DNA of 64,000 bases, taken from the NCBI GenBank assembly GCA_951406725.2, contig OX597815.1:148242001-148306000 (forward strand), in the 5' to 3' direction. This document shows, piece after piece, positions 25,691-37,099 of the stretch. Under the pieces are notes generated by a model. That model was not told where the DNA came from. It did no database searches and saw only the letters and a list, made by a program, of their open reading frames with translations. The first letter of the stretch is position 1. The number at the start of each line of letters is the position of its first letter. The DNA comes from Octopus vulgaris. Lineage: Eukaryota. The translations under genes and the position numbers were made by a program.

Positions 25691-26071
25691 CGGAGCCCAT
25701 AGCGGTAATGATTACCGCTATGGGCTCCGTGTGAGCAATCAACTGAAAGTTTTTTGTGCATTTTGATGTTGACATAAGTTCCTTGCTTTTCCTGACGAGA
25801 AAGTGGCATAATGTACTCCTAATTCCTTCGCAATTAGGAATATGCAGCCTTCGAAACATATGTCGAAAATAAAGGAATTTTGTTAATTCGTCGATCAGCT
25901 CCATTCTTTCATATATTTATATTTTTAAAATAAACATACAAATTTCCGCACGAAAGCACGTAATCTATGCCCTAGGCACGAAATTTCAACCGTGTTTTTT
26001 CTGATGTGAATTTGCTACCCAGGTATCGGTTAATTCGAATTATCCTTAATAAGATAATTCATTCAACTACT

Positions 26072-26072
<1 letters not shown>
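25690..26072 (+). mobile_element. Third copy of the hammerhead-bearing repeat, inserted in (TA)n, with a 20-bp fold-back 5' end
   Basis: Colinear with ~9266-9620; perfect palindrome at 25690-25730; TA runs on both flanks. Confidence 0.85.
25779..25877 (+). ncRNA. Type I minimal hammerhead ribozyme, copy C
   Basis: Stem I ttcctt.gc.ttttc/gaaaa.ta.aaggaa; CUGACGA 25792-25798; GAAA 25853-25856; ACAUAUGU; GUC 25862-25864. Confidence 0.8.
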
Positions 26073-26115
<43 letters not shown>

Positions 26116-26253
26116 GACGGGCTTCTTTCAGTTTCCGTCTACCAAATCCACACAGCAACTCATACGCCTATATATATATATACACACAGACAGAGAGGCA
26201 GACAGACAGACAGACACAAACACACACACACACACGCACACACACACTCACAT

Positions 26254-26305
<52 letters not shown>

Positions 26306-26699
26306 GATTTTAAAATATATTTCTGAGGGGTAGGTAAGGCTGCATGATGAATATGTGCAAGATAAGGACTTATGAAACAGCCCAGGGCACACGCATACCT
26401 ACTGAACAAGTGGAAACTGTGCAAACTCCCGTCGTGCACGTATATACATGTTCGTCTGAGCGTGTGTGTGACCATACCCATACTTATGATAAACGAAGTT
26501 GGTTTCTTTATGACCTCCAATGTTGTGGTTCAGAAAATGAGGTGGATAATATAAATACCAGACTTTAGAAATACTTAGTATAATTGACGATTTGTACAAA
26601 TGTAGCTTTTGGTCGAGTAAAACATTTACTGAACCAGTAAATGGTAAGAAAATAGGAATAAAATCTCCACGAATATATTTCCAAGCGTGTGTCAGCCCG

Positions 26700-27600
26700 A
26701 AAAAGTGAGTTACTCTTTAGAATTACTGGTGACCTGCATACAATTTCCTATCTGTGCCTAGTTGCAAGCTCACCGTCTAATACTGAGTCTGTTATTCTAC
26801 TCATCAGTTATTCTTTCAGAACAGTGTTGATTACTCCTGTGTCCAATTTATTCAATGCAATACTTGTGACGTCGTCAGTGTATGACGATGCTATTCTCAT
26901 GTTATGCTTTTTTGGGAAGTCAATGCGCTAAAAATCCAAATCCTTCACACCAAGGTTTCCAGCGACTAAATGTACAAGAGATGTTTTCTCCTCCGAGGAC
27001 AGAGCATCCGATGCTAAACTGCTGAGTAAGATGTCCATGTGATTTGATCACTGAAGAGACACCAATATACACTCTGCTCATCAAACCTTTGGAGACGGGT
27101 CTAAACAAGAAAACACTTAGATCATTCTACCATGCTGTATGCCTTGGACTAATACAAATAGACCAAAGCTCTGCCTAATCAGGATCTGTTTGCAACATAC
27201 TCTACCACTTCAGTATAATTACTGGCCACCGTCTGTTTTGCATCACGTGATCTTTTCATTATTTGTACTTATGTGAATATCAATGAAATATGCAAAGAAC
27301 TGCAGGATGTAGATTATTAGTAGACGCTAACGGTAGAGAGTTGTCATGGCTTTAGCAATGTTATTGCGCTGCTTGAAGAAAGGACTCAGCTAAAACTTAA
27401 AACTACAAAGATCAAATATCAGCTGCAAACAACGATTTCAGAATTAGCTTTGAAAATAGCATAGGGACTCAATTTAACGTCGTAACACATCGTCTATATT
27501 GATTTGACCACAGGCTGTGAACGATATGGTGCGTAATAAGTAGTGATAGAAGCATGAATGGCGATGGGAAGATTAAAGTACCAGATTGATCCAAGGCAAA
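26700..27600 (+). pseudogene. Possible heavily decayed LRR(-TIR) Toll-like receptor pseudogene
   Basis: By-eye translation across stops/frameshifts: LELL/DL/YNFLSVP, FIQCNTCD, CFLLRGQSI, CPC, LCSSNL, LQHTLPLQYNYWPPSVL, HYLYL, then TIR-like FNVVTH/DLTTG/VIEA. Confidence 0.3.
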
Positions 27601-29496
27601 TTTTAAATAACATTTAAGGTTCATAGCTTTCATTAGAGAAGTGTTAAAGCTTGTGATGGGAGCAGGACATATGTTATTAGAGGATAAAATATTTTCAGAA
27701 TTTAAAAATAAGTTTCTCTTATGTTTTGCATAGAGAAAAAGTTAGGGTTGAAACTAACAAGCTTTGTCATATGAAGATAGAGCCTGAAAAATATGTCTTA
27801 TTGGAAGTGGTGCGTGAAACTACAAATAGGAATGCGTGTTTTAAAGTCATTAGGATGTTGATTTCAAAATGTACTTAAATGAAGCACATGTGATAAATAT
27901 TCATTGAGAGACAATAAAAATAAACTGGTTTATTGAAGGAATAGAATAAGGGACAGAAGGCAAATAGGAATTAAACAAAAAACAAAAGGTAAGTGAGAAG
28001 TGTTTAAATGAGCTGAGCTCTTCAAATATCATTTTTATGATATGACCTTGCGTCAATATATTAAGAAATGTTGAATGCGGCTACAACGTACACAACCAAA
28101 CAGTGAAGGATGGTCACATATAGTACGTTGTCAGTTAATATATTTCATCCTGGACAGCGTAAAAAATATGTTACATATCAATACATACATTTTACTTCCC
28201 ATAAAAGAACTAATTTATATTGTTCCTGGAATTTGTCAAACATAAAACGATACATCTCGCAGATTTTTAACTAATTAAGAATGTGAAAAATATTTCCAAT
28301 TCCTACAGCTCATTTATTTAATTACCAGTTATTCTTCACAAGTGTTTTTCCTCGATGATTGTCTAATAAATTATGTTTGCCTAATTAACAATTCCTTTAA
28401 TTGTCTCCAATATATTAGAATAGATATCATCTCATTAATATTAATAGAATTTCAGTTTAAAGTTAATGAAAACGTGGTAATTAATGTTAAATTAATTCTC
28501 CCTTGTGTTTAGAATAAGACACTGAAAACAGTTATAAACTAGATTTAAAATTGTAAACATCTTAAGAGATTTCATTTTGTTGGCAGTTTGTTTTAGCAAA
28601 TACTGTTACATAACCAGAGCTTTCCCGCATAACATCTACTTACCAGTTCCATTTCCTTATGTAAGACATAACAATATATTATAAAATGAACGAAAACTGA
28701 AAATTACATAGACAGTCTTACATACATATATACATGCATACATACATATTTTGTATTTTTGTGTGTGTATTTTTGTGCATAAATATGTGTGAGTGAATTC
28801 GTGTAAGTATATGTATGTACGCTATATGTGAAATCTAAATGAGTACGTTTGTGGCCATCTTCGTAAGTAGAATTACTGGCAGGTAGTTTGGTTATTAACA
28901 GAGATTTATAGAACTATTTCATATGAAAATGACTGCAGCAAAAAATTCCTTTTCTTTCATCTTGATACACTCAATTCTCCTGCCATATCCTCTTTTTAGT
29001 GTATGTGTATACGTATGAATATATGTGATTGAATACATGTATATGCGTGTTTGTGTTTCTCTGTGTGCACGTGTAAGATCCTACATTTTGTTTGCGTGTA
29101 CGTGTGTATGTAAGTGCACATAACTGTGTTTACGTCTCTCTATGTATGTATTTATATACGGAATATTGTGTTCATGCGTGAATGTGTGTGTGTGTGTGTG
29201 TGTGTGTTGGTGTTTGCATGTTTGTATGTTTGTACTATTCAAACAGTGAATAACAGACTCTAAAATAGCAGTTTAGAAACCACTTTTAAGCTACAAAAAC
29301 CTATCAGAGTCACCTTTTGTGAACATGTAAACATCTAATTATTAACAAATACATACATATATGAAATGCATTGAAAATATCTGCAGAAGTTAAGAAATGA
29401 AAAGCAGTAGATACGCTGAAAACATCGATGAATTTACTGAATATTTTGAATAATGATTCACGAAATACGGTTAAATAATTGTCTCCGTAAGCAAAC

Positions 29497-29748
29497 TATG
29501 AGGTTGGTTCATAATTATTGCTGCTTTTTTTCAATAAATTTTATTCAACAAAAACAATAACAATATTTAGCAAAAACATCTTTAAATGACGGTTTGATCG
29601 TCTGCCAAGCAAATGGGAAGCGGTGATTGAAGAAGGTGAATATACTCCGGAATAATCATTTAAAGATGTTTTTTTTACATGTTTTTATTGTTTTTGTCGA
29701 ACAAAATTTGTTGAAAAACAGCTGCAATAATTATGCACCAACCCAATA
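29497..29748 (+). mobile_element. Mariner-derived MITE with long TIRs and TA target duplication
   Basis: ta-tgaggttggttcataattattgc ... gcaataattatgcaccaacccaa-ta; ~90-bp imperfect TIRs ending in catctttaaatga/tcatttaaagatg; the core encodes GLIVCQ/FDRLPSKWEAVIE-EGEY, a mariner C-terminus. Confidence 0.85.
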
Positions 29749-29759
29749 AAACTCATAAT

Positions 29760-30785
29760 TTCTTCATATCAGAGAGCCACGATCACAAGTTATGCAGATG
29801 ATACAAAAGATTCACAGGCAATACAGAACCCTGAAGACACAATGCACCAGCAATCTGAGCGGGACAAAATATACAAGTGGGCTGAAAAGAATAGCATGCA
29901 GTTCAATGCTGAAAAGTTTCAAGATTTATGCTATCAGCATGCAAAACTAAATGCAATACCCAATAAATACACTGGACCTGGAGGGATTGCAATCCCAGAG
30001 GCACAATCAGTGCGAGACCTGGGTATTTACATGAGTGATGATGCAACCTTTCATGTACATGTTGCTAAATTGGCAATGAAATGTAGGCGGCTGACCGGAT
30101 GGATTCTTAGAACCTTTAGAAAAAGAGACCAAGAAACCATAATGGTCTTCTGGAGGACACTTGTCCTAAGCCACTTTGACTATTGCTCTCAGCTATGGTC
30201 ACCATCGAATGTCAGGTTAATCACAGAACTTGAGGTGATCCAACGAAGCAACACGAAGATAGCCTCTGTGCAGCATATAAGCTACTGGGAGAGACTCAAG
30301 AGATTAAGACTCTATTCCTTAGAGCGTAGGCGAGAAAGATATGCCATAATATACATCTGGAAATCATAGAAGGACTTGTCCCAAACTTTGGCATCGAGAG
30401 TTACACAAATACTAGAACTGGGCGCCACTGCATAGTGCCAAGGACTCCAAGTTTGCCATCAAGATGTAGGACAAGATACTGTGATAGCCTGGGCTTCCGA
30501 GGCCCACAGCTCTTCAATATCCTCCCAAAGAACCTGAGAGACCTGCATGGGGTGGATGCAGATGTCTTTAAAATAAAACTGGATCTCTTCCTGTCAGGTG
30601 TCCCAGATGAACCAACTTCACTGCAGGAGGTGCAGATGAGGGCAGCTGCATCGAACTCTCTAATGCGCCAAATGGCAATTGCTAAAACGCATTCGTGAAG
30701 TAAAATCGTGTAGCAACACCAAATGGCGGTGCCCCAGCATGGCCACAGCTCATGAGCTGAAACTAGATAAAATAAAATAAAATAG
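29760..30785 (+). mobile_element. 5'-truncated CR1/L2/Jockey-group LINE (RT C-terminal half and 3' tail)
   Basis: YADDTK at ~29791; MQFNAEKF, RDLGIYM, WILRTF, DYCSQLWSP, SYWERLKRLRLYSLERRRER; tail stem-loop followed by (taaaa)n. Confidence 0.88.
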
Positions 30786-32674
30786 CTAATAATATACTAA
30801 TAATTCATTTCACGTATTTAATACAAAACTACTAGAAGTTACGACATAAATGATGTGTCGTTTAAATTTCGTAACTTGTGTTGAGAAACAAAACAGAAAG
30901 TTTGTTTCACAGAAGATAATACATTTGAATATGGCTATCTAAAGTCTTCCTCGTAATATGAAAGAGTATATAAATCCTAAAGCAAGCTTTCTCAAAACAG
31001 TGTTTTTTTGTATCTTGTAAGTAAATTGTCTTGTGATGTCCATCCCATTTTTTAGTGTCTCTTGGTCTGTTAATTATACCGTCCGCTCTCGAAAGCTCAA
31101 TCAATGACAGTTCAATGCAGTCTGCTTTCTCTAATAAACTCTATTTCTTTGTTAATTTTGAAACAACTAACAAATTTAAGTAAAGAAGAATGAGATGAAT
31201 GCATAACCATTTTTTAGGAACTGTAGTAAATTATGTATATATGTTTGTGTGAACATGGGTGTGTATATACAGGCATTTATATAGTTACATGCGCATATAT
31301 AGTCAACGTTTTCTATCCAAAGTTCATATTTCTCACCCAGGATTTACACGCTGTTATAGCTTTATTTGCGTCACGTCTACCATTCACAAAAACATTTATA
31401 TGTGTGCATATATGTGCGTTTATATGTGTGTATACATGCAGGATTATTTAACAATCTAATAAAATTATATTAGTACAGTCGCAAAATTTGAATTTTTTGT
31501 TGTAAATTTAAGTTATTAATTCGAAAAAAGAACTTGCATAGATATTCGGATAAACAGAAATAGATATTGTAGCGTCTTTTTTCATCAACATGTATGACTG
31601 CCCATATAAATAAATTAGGATATGAGCATTTAACTCAGTGCGGGCAGTAATGCTTTTCAACACCCATCCATGTTTATCTTCAGTACAACTTGATATTTTA
31701 TTCTGGTTGAATACATTCACTGAATATGGTGTACAAAGATATTGTTACATATAAAGCAATGCCAATTATAATTCAGGATGCCTTTTTTTTTCTAGAAACA
31801 TCTGATTTGTTTTCTGAGGTTGTCAAATACGAACATAACAAAGCCTACGAAATCCATTGTATTTATTCATGAGAAAATAGATGTAAAGGGAATCCGTTCA
31901 ATTTCTATGACTTTCACAAGGCATTTACAAAAACAGCTTGTAACGTATCATGAATATAAAACGTTACTAATCACTTTGTTTTGCTGATATTTTTTTATGC
32001 AGCTTTTCGTACCATTTGTGCAGGAAGCTTAAATTTATAGCTGGACGTTTTCTACAATTTATTGCTGTGAAGATAAATTTCTTTTTCGCAGTCATTCGGT
32101 TTGATATTCCAGAAGTACCTCTAAATTAGCAATTTTTTTTTATTGATATCTATGTTTTAAATAATAATTTCGTTTCATCCTTATGATACAACGCAAACTT
32201 TAGATTGTGTAACTGCCATAAAAAAACCAAACCATTCCGTTTTTTTAAGAATATGATATTCTTCTCTTAATACTATATATTCTTATACATAGGTTAATAT
32301 ATTATAAGGCATATGAATCGATTTTATTTTTTAGATTCACCGGAGAACGCTAATTTGTCTTTATGTTGCGTTTGAATCAATTCTAGCATTCTACAGAATA
32401 GTTGCTTGAGTTATTCGGTCTCGATAAAATAAAACAACCTCAGTCGGGATATATACGGTGGTAGGGAAGAACGAGAGATTCCTATAGCCAGAAGGTTGGA
32501 GACTCGAATGTTTCCAGCTGAGTGGATTCCCCTAAAAGTAATCAAAGTGCCACGTTATTGGTACTTAAATGCTCGGATGATTAAGTTTATCCTTCAAGTA
32601 CACTATATATGGATTTGATCTGAATGCAAACATTTTGAAATATTTTGAAATTCATTCAGTGTAGTGTCTGTTCA

Positions 32675-32823
<149 letters not shown>

Positions 32824-33770
32824 CATACATATGTACATACATATATACACACAAACACATAAACCATCACGCACGCACACACATACACATATATACTTTA
32901 CTAATATTAAATTACAATTTAGATTATATAATACATATTCAGTTAACAAAATGTTACAATGACCTAAGTGTGTGCTCAGATGGAATCTGGACTGGGCGTT
33001 GGTAAATCGTATAATAATCAGATTTTCCAATTCGACAGGATTAATTTATCTATCGGCAAACGCCTAGTGAACAAAAAGTTTAAAGTGATTTAATGCTAAA
33101 ACATTTCATTGATTTAGGCATGATATATAATTCCTGCTGTAGAAAATGTGCTTTTACTCAAGCATTATCGATATGATATCATCACATGAGATATAAGGCA
33201 TTTCACTCTTTCAATTTCCAGGCATATTTTACTTATGTCGTTTATTTATGTTTTTCTGGAGTACTTTTTGCTAATGTAATGATACTTAAACACTCCTTTG
33301 TTTAAAGATACTCTAATATTATTGTGATTTACTTGTTTGGTATGCTTGAAATATCTTCACTTTTGTACACAAACGGTTTCAAATTGTTTGCCTGTTCTGA
33401 TTATCCAGATTGGTGGTGGTGACAGAACAGGAATTTCGAATAATCTGTCCGATGAAAGGATATATGTGGGTTCCCTGGAACATTTTATTTTCAGCGAATA
33501 ATTATTGAACGTCTCACTCTACTTAAGATTGCATTATTATGCTCATATGAGTGGGTCAGATATGATTATCATTATGTATTTATATTTTGAAATTTAAAAT
33601 ATTCAATGAATTTAATATTTTACTTCTGGTACACTGTCTAAAGTTTCTGCCTTTAAAGAGAATTTAAGTGAGATATTCTTGTGGTAATCCAAATTCATAG
33701 AAGCCTGAAGCAAAATTTAATTTGTACTCGTCGTTTATCATCATGTTATATATATATATATATGTACATA

Positions 33771-33817
<47 letters not shown>

Positions 33818-33829
33818 GTCTAATAATAG

Positions 33830-33916
<87 letters not shown>

Positions 33917-34042
33917 CATATGTATATATGCATATATATATACACATATACATATATATATATATATGCTTATATATATATATATATACATACATATACA
34001 TATGTATATATGCATATATATATACACATATACATATATATA

Positions 34043-34106
<64 letters not shown>

Positions 34107-34382
34107 GCTTGTGTATGTATGTGTTGCGTGTGTGTGTGGGATATACTACTCGAGTTGATAACGTGGCGACTCTCATTTATATTCCAGGCAACCGCATCGA
34201 TTCGTCTATGACTACTATTAGTTATTGCTCACGCTGTAAATTTTGCTGACGTGTAATTCCCTGTTTGCTACTCTAGATGGTAGAACTGTCAGGAGTGTAT
34301 ATTAGAAATGGTTGTAATCATGGCTTATACATTTATAAACATTTGTCCTATGGATGGTTTAAGTTGTTTTGGTGTATGTTTT

Positions 34383-34796
34383 TCACCAAATAATTGAACT
34401 ACCGGGAAAGTTTATGTGTAGCACAGCAATCCATGATTCCGATTTACCTACGAACGGAAAATCAAATTTAAGCCGGCTGGTTGCACTTTCATGATCATAG
34501 AACATATAAGTTTGCCACCGATGCAACGTAGAGATAGTGACGTCTTTTGGGAGTAGATTACGGTAATGATTATAAAATAGTTTTACATGAAAGCGAATTT
34601 TCTTGCCAGAAATACCCACATAAATGCTGTACGAAAATTGAAGGTTGACGTTGAAAATTTCCCTCTCCGAGTTTATTTTTATCAACAGTATTTTGGGGGA
34701 GAGATAAGCTAATAAAAATCCCTTTATTCTCTCTTCCCACATAGCCTGTGTATAAACTAATATCGAATGAAGCATAAAGTGAAATATGCATGCAGC
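34383..34796 (-). other. Unexplained open frame (part of the 150-aa ORF) downstream of a candidate splice acceptor
   Basis: Non-repetitive open frame in AT-rich DNA; minus-strand ctttcag at 34803-34797; no secure homology. Confidence 0.2.
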
Positions 34797-35199
34797 TTTC
34801 TGAAAGATACGTATATCTTTTGCTTGTGGAAACAAAACTCTTATTCAAATGCTGATTCGTTGGAATGAATCAAATGAGATTGTTTAAAAAAGGCTAGAAT
34901 GGCAATGCTAAAACTTATTTGAAACAATTGACAACAGTAGAAACATAATTCAGAGGTAAATAGGCTTCCTTAAAGTGAAAAGTAAGAGATTGGCAGGTAA
35001 ACAAGGTATCAACACATAGAAGAGAGTGATGTAACTCAGAATAGGTAACAGCAAGCTTGCCAAAGTTTAATGCAGTTTAAATATGGAGGTTGAGATTGTT
35101 TGGTCTTGGATATTCGTCGCGTACAGAGTTCTTAATCAATTTCTTCACCGTGGCAGGTGTACGGTCGACAAAATCGTTTTACACTTACCAAAAGATAAA

Positions 35200-35354
35200 A
35201 AAATATCGAAGAAACTACATAACACTTAGGTTCTACGAGGGAGCTCTGGGTAAAATGACATAGAGCATGAGAATTCCTGGAACATAAGTAATGGTGTGTG
35301 TAAAGTTTCGTGAAAATCGGTTGAGAATTGTGTAAATGCATGTGACTTATACAT

Positions 35355-35360
<6 letters not shown>
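35200..35360 (-). mobile_element. Non-autonomous Helitron-like fragment
   Basis: Minus-strand caattctcaaccgattttcacgaaactttacacac resembles the sub-terminal motif of animal non-autonomous Helitrons; next to (TA)n. Confidence 0.4.
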
Positions 35361-35399
<39 letters not shown>

Positions 35400-37099
35400 C
35401 ATATATACATACGAGGTCATGTTCCCGCATATATGCCTATATCTACATACTTGAGGATGGGGGAAATATCTCTTTTGGCAAACAGGATATCCGAGATTCA
35501 AGCTTGCAAGGGAACGTCATTGCGTTTCTTTTACAACAATCTCTTGCTAACAGACATTTTTTTAAAGTATTTTACATGCAAGTAGAAGGGGCAAAAGTGT
35601 CACTGAACATTGATTCTGTGTGTTGTGTCGATTAGCTTTAGAATGTGGCCTGAAAACTCAATGACTTACAATACGCTAATGATTAGGTATTTTATTTGAT
35701 CAAACAACTGGAATCGTAATTATTGTCAACTATGGAGTACCTATTCAGTTTTATATTTAGATAAATACGAAAATGTGTGTTTACGAACAACAGAAAACTG
35801 TACTTCTGTCATCGGGTTTGTGCGTGGGTGTGTATATTCGTTTTCGAGGGTGTGTATGTGTGAGTGTATTTTTATGTGCATGTGTGAGTGTGTTTTTATG
35901 TGCATGTGTGCACACATACATTGTTACTAACACGCACACAAACATACACACGCATACATATATACATGCAACTGTTATACTTACTATATACATTTTTATA
36001 AATATGTTTACATATAGCAAATATATTTCTAGTAGACTATTTCAAAGACTAACATCTATTTCAGTAAATTGCAAAATCCCCCAAGTATTAAGAAATCGAA
36101 TATAAAATTTTTACAGAATATAATATACTTCAAAGGTATATTGCAAATAAAGAAACAGAATATTTTTGTAATATCCCTCAGGAAATCTTAGCAAAAAATA
36201 GTTATCTTGTAAAGTAGCCAATTTTTTCTCTCGAATTATTTGTGTTTTAGAAAGAATATATCATATGTTTTTTTTTTTAAAATCATGTTTAGCAATCATA
36301 TTACTTCGATAGTATATAGAAATGCAGCATCTTATTTTCTGAAATTCTAATTTTCTTTCTTTACATATATTATTAACATCATGAAGATTAAGAAATACAG
36401 ATCTTACAGACTGATAACCTGTATACTATAACCCTGAAATCTCTATTTGATTCAACAATAGAGAGATGTAAGAGAGAAGAAAAATAAATAAGGTCTATAA
36501 TACATTTCTGCTACATTATATTATTCAAAATAAAAAAAAAATAATATCTTTATTGATATAAATATCAAGTATCTTTATGTGATATCTCGAAAATATTTCA
36601 GTGTAGAAATAAGGTTAACAGAAGTGTCACCTAATTTGAAAAGAAGCTACACCAATCCTGATATTTAATGGTGCGTGTACTTTCCATCCTGCTCATAATT
36701 CGAACTGGTGTTTTAAATAAACTTTCATTTATTATAAATGGATTTAAATGAGGAGACCTAAGAAATACATTCCAACCATTTCTATCTGATATAATTCATC
36801 GTTCTCTGTATAAGTATTACTGTTTCTTTTTTTAGTGTTATATTACTCTGTTTAACAAGCTCAAGAATGAAGACTTCTAAGGCCTTCCAGTCTACCTCTT
36901 ATGATGAAAAAAGCTTCTCAAGATATGCCAAAGACATGAACAGCCATAGTCGCAACGACGGATTCCAGATAAATATAAATATATAAAGAATATTTCATTC
37001 TTTTCATTGAAGACGAGGCAGTACATTTGAATGTTACAGCAATGTAGAAAGCTATACTGAGGCTGGACAAAGAACCGAGTGAGTTGCTACAAAGTGGAT

